Positions 30,999 to 43,690 of a DNA stretch of 64,000 bases are shown piece by piece. Each line of letters begins with the position of its first letter. Position 1 is the first letter of the stretch. Position numbers and translations under genes: made by a program. The DNA lies in contig OZ024750.1 in NCBI GenBank assembly GCA_964016885.1, forward strand, positions 48,298,001 through 48,362,000, read 5' to 3'. The DNA comes from Eledone cirrhosa (taxonomy: Eukaryota). The notes under the pieces were generated by a model that made no database searches, had not been told where the DNA came from, and saw only the letters and a list, made by a program, of their open reading frames with translations.

Positions 30999-31141
<143 letters not shown>

Positions 31142-31589
31142 CTGTCATTCCACACACCCGCACGCACACGCATAGACGCGCACACACGCACACGCACATA
31201 TTTATATATATATATATATATACACACAGGTAAATTTAATTTCAATTTAATATGTGTGATACGTAGAAATTGGAAATCAGATCAAAAAAACTTAGGACGA
31301 GTATTAACATTATGTAATCTCCTTTACTTAAGAGATCTTTGTTATGTAATAAAAAAAAAACAGAAGAGCCGGTGTTTTGGGGAAACAACAATTTGCTACA
31401 AAGTAATAATTTAATACTTTACCTGGAAATTATAGACACTATTAATAATAAATACACTAAATAAATGTGTGTAGACAGAGAGGCACAGCTTAGATCACAA
31501 ATTATTGGAATTATCATTAATTTCGCAATCAATTTAACTAGTTTATATTTTCCTTGTTAAGTATTAGTAATATAGTTAAATTATATATA

Positions 31590-31886
31590 TATAAACGGAA
31601 AAAATGAAACGAAATTTCATTTCTCACTCTTATTACGGCTGTTACATAAATATAAGTATGTATACGTACATACATATATGTATACATACGTACAGTATTA
31701 TGAATATATATATATACAAACATGCACACATATATATATATGTACGTATGGATGCACCGAACTTTTATTATAATGCTCGGTGTGTTTCTAAGCAAACATC
31801 CCGAATGAACCCGTACAGTGTCTAGCAACCATCGTTGCTCATTTGTTCAAGACTGAAAAAGGAACGTTGTATTAGTTTCAAGCTTA
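31590..31886 (-). repeat. Family A fragment, truncated within hammerhead stem II
   Basis: Matches family A and ends at ...tagtttcaagctta followed by (TA)n. Confidence 0.85.
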
Positions 31887-31942
31887 TATATATATATGTA
31901 TATATGTATATATGTATATATGTATATACATATATATATATA

Positions 31943-32810
31943 TGATGAACCGAGACTAGACCATTTCGTTCAACAAATTGTTTGGTGAAACATATCTTTG
32001 GATGTGACGTGTGTTATATAGTTATAGAGGTATTTATTTACGCTTTAATTTATATTTTTAATTGTCGTGTCTATAGTCTGCCTTTCATAGGTTATAGATT
32101 CTATACACTGGTGGTTTTTTCCCTGTATTATTGATAACGCACTATATATCTCTCTCTGGTGTATTACCTTCTCAACATATCATATTTTAAAGGGCTCAGG
32201 ATCTCTCCTCCTTTGAGCACATTATTTACAGGGAATAACGACGGCCTATGCCTCCGTTAATTTATCGTGATATTTCGCTCCTAATAACAGTCTTTCCTAT
32301 CTCTATTTGGTTGAGCACACTTCTCTGAGTGGTTTTGGGCTGCCCTTTCTAGCAGTTCGTCTCTCAGAGGCCACTGGTTCACTGCCCCTAAACACGCTGT
32401 GACTTCTCTCTCCCATGTGTAGCTGGACAGTCAATTGTAAAATGCTCTTAGTGTTGTCTGAAATGTATGGCCTTACACACGCTGATGAACCGAGACTAGA
32501 GCATTTATTTCAACAAATTTGTTGGTGAAACATATCATTGGATGTGACGTGTGTTATATAGTTATAAAGGTATTTATTTACGCTTTAATTTATATTTTTA
32601 ATTATCGTGTCTATAGTCTGCCTTTCATAGGTTATAGATTCAATACACTGGTGTTTTTTTCCCTGTATTATTGATAACGCACTGTATATCTCTTTCTGGT
32701 GTGTTACCTTCTCAACATATTATATTTTAAAGGGGTCAGGATTTCTTCTCCTTTGAGCACATTATTTACAGGGAATAACGACGGCCTATGCCTCCGTTAA
32801 TTTACCGTGA
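31943..32810 (+). repeat. Family D tandem, 540-bp period, ~1.6 units, hammerhead-like motif per unit
   Basis: tgatgaaccgagactaga recurs at 31943 and 32483. The motif at 32475-32554 is acacacg-CTGATGA-acc..ggt-GAAA-catatc attg gatgtg-a-cgtgtgt. Confidence 0.85.
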
Positions 32811-32828
32811 TACATATATATGTATGTA

Positions 32829-32933
<105 letters not shown>

Positions 32934-33138
32934 ATATGTATATATATGTATGTATATATATATATGTATGTATGTATATATGTATATATATGTATGTATA
33001 TATATATATGTATGTATGTATATATGTATATATATGTATGTATATATATATATGTATGTATGTATATATGTATATATATGTATGTATATATGTATATATA
33101 TGTATGTATATATGTATATATATGTATGTATATATGTA

Positions 33139-33199
<61 letters not shown>

Positions 33200-33411
33200 T
33201 TATATATATATTGGTAAACGGAATAGAAAATGCTGACAAATTGTTCACAGTTGAAAAATGGTTTAATTAGGAATAAAAGAGTATTAGTGATTGTATGGGT
33301 TAGTATCCAGTTGTGGTTTTAAGTTTTTAAGTTTTTACCGGTTGCGCATTTCTAAATGCTTTTCAAAAATAATTTTGAGATAGAGTGTCCGTGCTGTTTG
33401 CTCTGATCTGA

Positions 33412-33490
<79 letters not shown>

Positions 33491-33522
33491 ATATATATAT
33501 GTGTATATAATATGTGTATATA

Positions 33523-33585
<63 letters not shown>

Positions 33586-33608
33586 TATATACACATATAT
33601 ATATATAT

Positions 33609-33639
<31 letters not shown>

Positions 33640-34225
33640 TGGTGGCTGCCAACTCGTTTTCGAGTACGGCCACTACTTTATATCCATGTAGGAGAACCCC
33701 TACCGATGCGCTGAACGAGTGTGACTTTTTAGTCCAGCCAGCGACTTGAAAACTCTGGTACAAACACTACACTTGTGACAATTATTGACACATAGTGCTG
33801 GGCCCATGGTACCATGTGACGACAAGTGCAGAGAGATCTCCAGATATAAAGCAATGCCTGTGCCGTGAAGCTTTTATAGTGAGCAAAGGCACTGCACAAA
33901 GCCAGTCCCACTCTCTTAACCAAGATGATATTTACCAAAAAGAAGAACAAGTCAACATCATTGGATACCATCAGGGTTGCAGGTGTTATATCAGAGTTTT
34001 CCTTCTCCTAGAATTCTGCCTTGACAAAGGCTAAGGGGTCATCTCTCCCGGTGATTTTGGATGGTCATTGACTCTTACGAGCTCCTTTGCCCTTTGACAG
34101 GTTTTGTTTTTAGTCCTGCAGGATGTCCAAAGTCACCCTCCTCACCAAGAAACCTTGGTGGGGTTGCCAGTTTAGTCGCCAACGACCCGACCATGAGACA
34201 GGTTGTACTGGGATACATGTTACCA
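33640..34225 (-). repeat. Family B copy (inverted)
   Basis: Reverse complement of ~35505-36090. Confidence 0.9.
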
Positions 34226-35295
<1,070 letters not shown>

Positions 35296-35422
35296 TCAGG
35301 AAAGAAGGTTGACATGGTTTGCTTTACAAAAAAGGTTTTTAATCTCATAGCTGCCAATTATTTCTCTGAACTGGTAGATCTAGAGATCGCTATTCGCTTA
35401 TTTTCGCTTATTTTGTTACCCC

Positions 35423-35464
<42 letters not shown>

Positions 35465-35484
35465 AGATATGTATATATTATCTC

Positions 35485-36958
35485 AGGTCACCAGTTGGTG
35501 CTACTCGTAACATGTATTCCAATACAACCTGGCTCATGGTCGTTTCATTGTCGACTAAACTGGCAACCCCACCAAGGTTTCTTGGTGAGGAGGGTGACTT
35601 TGTTCATCCTGCAGGACTAAAAACAAAAACTGTCAAAGGGCAAAGGACTCTTAAGGGTCAATGGCCATCCCAAATCACTGGGAGAGATGACCCCTTAGCC
35701 TTTATCAAGGGAGAATTCTAGGAGAAGGAAAACTCTGATATAACACCTGCAACCCTGATAATATCCAATGATGTTGACTTGTTCTTTTTTTTTGGTAAAT
35801 ATCAGCTTGGTTAAGAGAGTGGGACTGGCTTTGTGCAGTGCCTTTGCTCACTATAAAAGCTTCACGGCACAGGCATTGCTTTATATCTGGAGATCTGTCT
35901 GCACTTGTCGTTACATGGTACCATGGGCCCAGCACTATGTGTCAATAACTGTCACAAGTGTAGTGTTTGTACAAGAGTTTTCAAGTCGCTGACTGGACTA
36001 AAAAGTCACACTCGTTCAGCGCATCGGTAGGGGTTCTCCTACATGGATATAAAGTAGTGGCCGTACTCGAAAACGAGTTGGCAGCTACCATGTAAATATA
36101 TATGTGTGTATGTATGTATTATGTGTATATATATCCGGGAGAGATGACCTCTGAGCCTTTGTCAAGGCAGAATTCTAGGAGAAGGAAAACTCTGATATAA
36201 CACCTGAAACCCTGATGGTATCCAATGATGTTGAGTTGTTCTTCCTTTCGGTAAATATCATCTTGGTTAAGAGAGTGGGACTGGCTTTGTGCAGTGCCTT
36301 TGCTCATTATAAAAGCTTCACCGCACATGCATTGCTTTATATCTGGAGATCTCTCTGCACTTGTCGTTACATGGTACCATGGGCCCAGCACTATCTGTCA
36401 ATAATTGTCACATGTGTAGTGTTTGTACCAGAGTTTTCAATTCGCTGACTGGCCTAAAAAGTCACACTCGTTCAGCGCATCGGTAGGGGTTCTCCTACAT
36501 GGATATAAAGTAGTGGCCGTACTCGAAAACGAGTTGGCAGCTACCATGTAAATATATATGTGTGTATGTATGTATGTATGTGTATATATATCCGGGAGAG
36601 ATGACCTCTGAGCCTTTGTCAAGGCAGAATTCTAGGAGAAGGAAAACTCTGATATAACACCTGAAACCCTGATGGTATCCAATGATGTTGAGTTGTTCTT
36701 CCTTTTGGTAAATATCATCTTGGTTAAGAGAGTGGAACTGGCTTTGTGCAGTGCCTTTGCTCATTATAAAAGCTTCACGGCACATGCATTGCTTTATATC
36801 TGGAGATCTCTCTGCACTTGTCGTTACATGGTACCATGGGCCCAGCACTATGTGTCAATAATTGTCACATGTGTAGTGTTTGTACCAGAGTTTTCAATTC
36901 GCTGACTGGCCTAAAAAGTCACACTCGTTCAGCGCATCGGTAGGGGTTCTCCTACATG
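35485..36958 (+). repeat. Family B tandem array, 457-bp period, about 3 units
   Basis: gggagagatgacc at 35680, 36137 and 36594. Confidence 0.95.
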
Positions 36959-36977
36959 TATATATATATATATATAT

Positions 36978-37462
36978 AAACGAATAACGAAACGAAATTA
37001 AATTTCGTTTCGCTTCTAACTCACTTTAGTATGACTGACGCTTAAACAATTAAGTTAAAGTGTACATCTATATATGTATACGGAACTATTAGTATGCATA
37101 TAAATACACATATGTATACATATGTACATGTACCGAGCTTTTCACTAGACACTTTACAGTGAGTGTCCAGCTAGTCTGTATGTAAACAGACGAACCGGGT
37201 TTTAGAGTCATACGAGTTTTCAAGGAAACACATTTCCTCTATTCTCCAGAGAGCCAGGCAGGAATATTGGACTAGTTTCGATGTTATTACATCTCATCAG
37301 CAATATATACCTATCTTTCCGGCTTCTCTGGAAATGTGTTTCCTTGAAAACTCGTATGACTCTAAAACCCGGTTCGTCTGTTTACATACAGACTAGCTGG
37401 ACACTCACTGTAAAGTGTCTAGTGAAAAGCTCGGTACATGTACATATGTATACATATGTGTA
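36978..37462 (-). repeat. Family A-related element with fold-back palindrome (arms ~37108-37237 / ~37330-37460) enclosing a hammerhead
   Basis: The arms are reverse complements, and the motif order resembles family A. Confidence 0.85.
37264..37306 (-). ncRNA. Canonical type I hammerhead ribozyme
   Basis: atattg-CTGATGA-gatgt aata acatc-GAAAC-ta-GTC-caatat. Stems I and II are perfect. Confidence 0.9.
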
Positions 37463-37484
37463 TATATATATACATATATATATA

Positions 37485-37515
<31 letters not shown>

Positions 37516-37815
37516 CATATATATATATATGTATATATGTAAATATATATGTATATATATATATATACATATATATATATGTATATATGTAAATATATAT
37601 ATATATATGTAGTATTAATTATACTATTTATGGTTATGTAAATACAAACATTTTGCATATATATATATTTTTATACAAACCCTAAATAGTGGTAGGCAGT
37701 AATATATTACTACCTTATTACCAGTAAGTTAAGTAGCTCAATGTAAAACCATCAGATGATTTACAGAGCAGTTATATAAGCTATAAGAATCAAAGTACGG
37801 TTCAAAACATTTTTA

Positions 37816-37862
37816 TGCTTACAACTGTTTCCTCCAAACCGAGGTTTGGTTTCTTCGGAGCA
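37816..37862 (-). ncRNA. pLTR hammerhead, CCGAAGA core
   Basis: tgct-CCGAAGA-aaccaaac ctcg gtttggag-GAAAC-agtt-GTA-agca. Confidence 0.7.
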
Positions 37863-39248
37863 ATGTATTAATGAATGAACACTTATATGACCTCCTTTTC
37901 ACCCAAGAGACATACAGATACATATGCAAATATTGTGGGTCAACATTCATTACAGCATTTAGAGTGGCAGTACACACTTAGAGATTACATTGATATTAAA
38001 AGATACAATCAAAAATACAGGTTAAAATACACCATGAAAATAAGCGGTTATATAGTGCAAAGGTTATATGTGTGGCAAGCACGTGGGTCTTGTTTATATA
38101 GTGTGGCAGAGAGTTACGTGTAGTAGAAGCACTTAAGTAGGTAAACAAGAGTGCTAGATTGGTTGATCTGGTGACAAATTCTTTATATGATTGTTATAGT
38201 CTGTGTGTGGAGAAATAATATAAGCATTAAAAATAGTGCAAGCATTAAAAATATTGGAAATGCGAAGGGATGATATGGACTTCTTGTACTTCGACATTTT
38301 CATAGTCTGGGGAGTGTATTTTTCAGATTATATGCCCCTCACATAATCTACGACGATTCGATATTGAGCGTTTGACAATCCAGTTAGAGAATCGTAGTCT
38401 GATGTTCTTTAGTTCAATACAGGAGGATGTTACGTTTCGAGAATCGACTTCGAAATACTACCCGGAAGTGTGTGGTTAAGGATAGTTAAAGCATGAGGGG
38501 AGGTAACTCCGAGGTTTCTATTACTAACTATTGAAATGTGTCTCAAAATAGACCGTAGCTTCTATGGTTATGCGCAATTTCTAAAAAATTTCTAAAATTT
38601 AAAGTGATTTAACTATAGAGTAGTCTATTAAGTTGTGCTGAAGGTGTTCGTATTATTATGGTGATTAACCCCCATCGTAGAGTACCACAAATGAATATTA
38701 TAGACGACGAGCGAGGATTCTAAATTAATGATCTCTGTGGTTGTAGTCTACTCAAAGGACCAGGCGCGGTGATTGCAGAATCACTTCAACACACAATGAT
38801 CTCTGGTAAGTTCTGGGTCATCGCTTGCTACATTGGATGTCGAAGGATAATCATCACCAGGGCCGACCAGAGGCCAATCCGCAGTCCTCATGACCCCAAT
38901 ATGACCATCAAATCATCCATATATGTACAACCCATACGCCACTTGCAATACATTCGTTCCCTGCACTCAGAGTACCGGTCATACTGCTTATCAGCGTTAC
39001 TAGATTAATTCGTTTTTCATCTGTCCAACGATGGCACTTCCTCCGCACAACACTAACAAGACAATCAATTCATGCTTAAATTACCTATAGAGCGGTGTAG
39101 TGCAGTTCAAGTGGGTGGATGTTGCGAAGGGTTCTAGAGGGATGTCGCTGTTTGTGTTATATTAGATCCGTTAGTGTTGGGTAGGTGGTATAAGGTGTGC
39201 CCCTGGTGTTTGATGCTAGAGGTGGTGTTTGGTTCAAGTCCGACATTG

Positions 39249-41636
39249 CTATATATTGGGCTTAAAGTTTTGGAAGGAATGTCTGAAGCGGTGCTGGCAC
39301 GTTGCAAACACTTCAGATTTTTTGTTAAGTAGGTTCCGGCTAGAGAAGATAATATTGTGGGTCTCTAGTATACAGAGGTTACAAAATTTATTAGGTGGTT
39401 TGTACGAAGTCACGGTACCTATCACATCCCATTTGAGTGCGTAAGGTTTATTTTTAGTTTTTAGATGGTGTATGTAGCTAGATATTGAGGTGGAGTTGGC
39501 TAGACTGTGCTTTTTGAACGAGTGGATGTGCGAATTATATCTGATTTTGAAGCAGTTAGAAGTGGAGCCTACATAGGTTTCTGAAGAGTTGCTAGTTGTG
39601 ACGGTGCATGAGTATATGATATCCTTGGTTAGGCATTTTTTATCTAAAGGGCAGGTTCTATTAGCTTTACAGTTACAATTACCCTGTGTGTTAGTCTGCT
39701 TGTTATTATGCAGTGCAGAAGTCTGGGTGGTAGCTATAGGATTTTGGACATTCGGGTTTTCGACCCCGGTGTTATTTCTTATACTAGTGTTATTTCTATT
39801 GTTACTGCCGTTACTACGGTCTGTTGCTACAGGGGTATTTAGAAGGTTTACCTCCTGTTGTAATTTCGTTTGTTGGAAGTAAGAATTACTTTTACTTTTA
39901 TTGCTGCTAGCTATGTGGTATGCTAAGTTAGGCGTCGTAGAGTATGAGATTTTAATAGTGTTTTTGTTTAAAAGTTTGTGGTACTTGTGTCCTAGAGTGA
40001 AGTTTTTATCTAGTAGTGAGAAGAAAGCCCTAGGTATGTTGGTGGAGACATTTAGGTTGGAAGGAGGGTTGAAAAATGTATTATTTCTTCTTCTATTTTT
40101 GTTTTTAGTGTCTGGTGTGTTGTTTCTTCCTAAGGCACTACGGTAGTTTCCGTGGTAATGGTTACTTCTTGTGGCACCCTCCGCTTTGTTGTACTTGTGG
40201 TTGCTATTCCTATTATTAGGTTTCCTCATGGACATGTTGTGCGAGATGATGTTGTAGCTATGCGTTTTCTTAGGTAGGAACTCAATTTCTATATTATGGC
40301 CGGATCTAGCTAATGCTTGATTATAATATTGTGAGTTTTTGCTAAATATGTTTGCGTCATAGGAAAGATTAGAGATTCTATTGGATACCCCCTTAGAGAT
40401 AGAGTTTAATATTGATCTAGGGTGATTAGACTTGGTATCTACGTAAATGAGTTTTTCGTTAGGCTTATGGAAAGGTGTATATATTTTTGAGTATAGGTAT
40501 AGTGTGGCGCCTAGGAAGTTAACATTGTTAGTGTTTTTGTCCATGGTGATACAAAGGTTAAAGTATTTGAATGTCTTGTGCAATAGTTTTCTAGTTCTTT
40601 CTATATTAATTTTTTTATATTCTATAAGTAGAAGTGCATCATCGCGGTACAAACCACCGTTGAGGTAAGGGAGGTCCTTATGGATTTCATTAAGAAGGTA
40701 TAGGCCGACCAAATCAGTGACCTGCGCCGAGTCACTAGCTCCCATGGTTATGTCGAAGTTGTTGTGCGTATCCTTGCGTGTCCATAGTTGGTCCTCGGAG
40801 GTGATTATGGTTTTACGGGCCGCAAGGATGACATCAATCTGGGCTCTAGTCAGGTGGCTATTGTTCATGGCCATGATTAGTGCCTTATTTAATAGGATAG
40901 GGGAAATAGAGGTGTAGTATGAAATGATATCAAATTGAATACATTTTTGGTCCTTATTATTCTTGATATCTTTGAACCATTCAATAACTTCACCCGTATT
41001 TCCCCATTGTTTAAGGTGTATCTTGTGTTTAATTTGTGGGATGATTTTATCTAAAATGTTCTTGCTGATAATACCAATGTCGGACTTGGAAGGGCAGATA
41101 AGTCTTATCGAGAGGTTGCTGATGAAGTCCTCCTTATGATCCTTCAGAGAGAATCTAGGGGTGTTTGGGGTGAATGGTTGTGTATGCCTCTGAAGTCCTA
41201 GTTTAGACAGTATATTATATCCCTCTATATTAATATCTTCTAAGTTGTTCAAGGTGGTCTTCTTGTAGCTTTTATGTAGTTCATTATATATAAACTTTCT
41301 ATAAGTATTATAATCTAGGCTGTATATGTTATTAGTTTTATCTGCGTGTACAATAATTTTATTACTAGTTTTGAATCCATTAATAGAGGTGTTAAGTTTG
41401 TTTAAGAAGGTGTTGCTTCTATTATGGTGCTTATTGTATTTAATGTTCTTAACTAGTTTAACTAGATCATTTTCAAAGGAGTTAAATAGTGTGTTATGAG
41501 GGGGGCTTTTAAAGGTTTTAAAGCCGAAGGAGTCAAATTTGTTAGTATTATTCACATTGTTAGATCTGTTTCTATCATAATGGAATGTCCTCCATCTCAC
41601 TCTATTGATAAATGAATTTACACTGTTGATCAGCAA
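39249..41636 (-). CDS. PLE reverse transcriptase + GIY-YIG endonuclease (795 aa as called; true start probably 41707 across a 1-nt frameshift)
   Basis: ADKT, LKDHK, RLICPSKSDIG, QFDI..YY, FDITMG, GLYRDD, CNC..CPL..C, IIY...YVG, CNLC. Confidence 0.93.
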   Translation of the reverse strand: MLINSVNSFINRVRWRTFHYDRNRSNNVNNTNKFDSFGFKTFKSPPHNTLFNSFENDLVKLVKNIKYNKHHNRSNTFLNKLNTSINGFKTSNKIIVHADKTNNIYSLDYNTYRKFIYNELHKSYKKTTLNNLEDINIEGYNILSKLGLQRHTQPFTPNTPRFSLKDHKEDFISNLSIRLICPSKSDIGIISKNILDKIIPQIKHKIHLKQWGNTGEVIEWFKDIKNNKDQKCIQFDIISYYTSISPILLNKALIMAMNNSHLTRAQIDVILAARKTIITSEDQLWTRKDTHNNFDITMGASDSAQVTDLVGLYLLNEIHKDLPYLNGGLYRDDALLLIEYKKINIERTRKLLHKTFKYFNLCITMDKNTNNVNFLGATLYLYSKIYTPFHKPNEKLIYVDTKSNHPRSILNSISKGVSNRISNLSYDANIFSKNSQYYNQALARSGHNIEIEFLPKKTHSYNIISHNMSMRKPNNRNSNHKYNKAEGATRSNHYHGNYRSALGRNNTPDTKNKNRRRNNTFFNPPSNLNVSTNIPRAFFSLLDKNFTLGHKYHKLLNKNTIKISYSTTPNLAYHIASSNKSKSNSYFQQTKLQQEVNLLNTPVATDRSNGSNNRNNTSIRNNTGVENPNVQNPIATTQTSALHNNKQTNTQGNCNCKANRTCPLDKKCLTKDIIYSCTVTTSNSSETYVGSTSNCFKIRYNSHIHSFKKHSLANSTSISSYIHHLKTKNKPYALKWDVIGTVTSYKPPNKFCNLCILETHNIIFSSRNLLNKKSEVFATCQHRFRHSFQNFKPNI

Positions 41637-41961
41637 TTTCTCATATGTATTCCTGGATGGTATTGGTATTTCTTGGTTGACATGGGGAGTTGGTCTTTGA
41701 TTAGCATATTGGTAATTTATTGTATGTCAGCTCAACAATATGGAGCAGTTAATAGTATTAATTATACTATTTATGGTTATGTAAATACAAAAACTTTTTG
41801 CAGTTATATATATTTTTTATACAAACCCTAAGTAGTAGTAGTCAGTAATATATTACTACCTTATTACCAGTAAGTTAAGTAGCTCAATGTAAAAACATCA
41901 GATGATTTACAGAGCAGTTATATGAAATATAAAAATCAAAGAACTGTTCAAAACATTTTTA

Positions 41962-42008
41962 TGCTTACAACTGTTTCCTCCAAACCGAGGTTTGGATTCT
42001 TCGGAACA
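41962..42008 (-). ncRNA. pLTR hammerhead, CCGAAGA core
   Basis: Same motif, in the 5' pLTR. Confidence 0.7.
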
Positions 42009-42165
42009 ATTTATTAATGAATGAACACTTATATGACCTCCTTTTCACCCAAGAGACATACAGATACATATGCAAATATTGTGGGTCAACATTCATATTT
42101 GCATATGTATTTGTATGTCTCTTGGGTGAAAAGGAGGTCATATAAGTGTTCATTCATTAATACAT

Positions 42166-42212
42166 TGTTCCGAAGAATCCAAACTTCGGTTTGGAGGAAA
42201 CAGTTGTAAGCA
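42166..42212 (+). ncRNA. pLTR hammerhead in the inverted arm
   Basis: tgtt-CCGAAGA-atccaaac ttcg gtttggag-GAAAC-agtt-GTA-agca. Confidence 0.7.
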
Positions 42213-42455
42213 TAAACATGTTTTGAACAGTTCTTTGATTCTTACATTTCATATAACTGCTCTGTAAATCATCTGATGTTTTTACATTGAGCTACTTACC
42301 TTACTGGTAATAAGGTAGTAATATATTACTGACTACCACTATTTAGGGTTTGTATAAAAATATATGTAACTGCAAAAAGTTGTTCTATTTACATAACCAT
42401 AAATAGTATAATTAATACTATATATATGTACATATATATATATGTATATATATAT

Positions 42456-42570
<115 letters not shown>

Positions 42571-42609
42571 AGTATATACATATATACATATATATATACA
42601 TATATATGT

Positions 42610-43283
42610 ATTATTTCAGAATATTAATAAATGAAGACATTGACATACTCAAAATATATGGTTTATTATATTACTTCGAAGTTACCGTGCTGTTTTTTCA
42701 GTACGTCCTCGTCAGATAAAATACATGATTTAATGTATGACCTACTCAACGGTCTTGATGGTTCAATTCCAGTATTGGAAATGCTTTATTACAACACATC
42801 TCAAGATTTATATACCATAAATAATAACATGATACACTTAAATTTAATGTAGAAGAAGGTGTGGAGCAAAATATCGGTATAAGGAGGGAGTGAGTATGGG
42901 GAAATACAAGAAGAAAATAAATAAATACATACATACATAAATATTTTAATGCGTAAATAGACGTATTAGAGTAGAAAAAGGAAGGGAGAGAGATAGAGAT
43001 AGAAGAGAGAAGAACTAAGAAATAAAAGCAAAAAAAAGAGAAATGATGTGTGACCGTGGCTTTCAAATATTAACTCAAATCTAGGCGACCAATTAAATAC
43101 CATTAAATTGTTTAATATCTTTTTTTATTTGGATATCTTTAAGCTAATTATACTAATATATTATATCAAAATTAAACAATATAGAAATATTTGTATAGCA
43201 ATCAGAACCATAGTTTAATTAAGTAGTATATTTACTAAATATTTTGTTACAATATTCAGAAACATTTTTATCTTTAAAGCATG

Positions 43284-43290
<7 letters not shown>
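42610..43290 (-). repeat. Family E non-coding element with degenerate hammerhead (~42660-42722)
   Basis: attttat-CTGACGA-ggacgtac is shared with 49381. GAAA is changed to GAAG. Confidence 0.5.
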
Positions 43291-43354
<64 letters not shown>

Positions 43355-43561
43355 ATATATATGAATATATATATATATATATATATGTATGTATATACAT
43401 ATCTATATGTATATATATATATATATGTATGTATATACATATCTATATGTATATGTATATATATATGTATGTATATATATATGAATATATATATATATAT
43501 ATATGTATGTATATACATATCTAGATATATATGTATATATAAATATATGTATATATATATG

Positions 43562-43631
<70 letters not shown>

Positions 43632-43690
43632 CATATATATATATATATATGTATGTATATATATACACATATATATATATATATATATAT

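Larger units (their letters stand above)
37610..42422 (-). mobile_element. Near full-length Naiad-type Penelope-like retroelement: inverted pLTR / pLTR / ORF / long 3' UTR / pLTR
   Basis: Direct repeats ~37610-37950 and ~41753-42096, inverted copy 42095-42420, (TA)n on both flanks. Confidence 0.92.

Noticed and set aside
41965-42209. Mirror-image 62-aa ORFs on both strands
   Set aside because: They are a by-product of the pLTR palindrome and are not evidence of coding.
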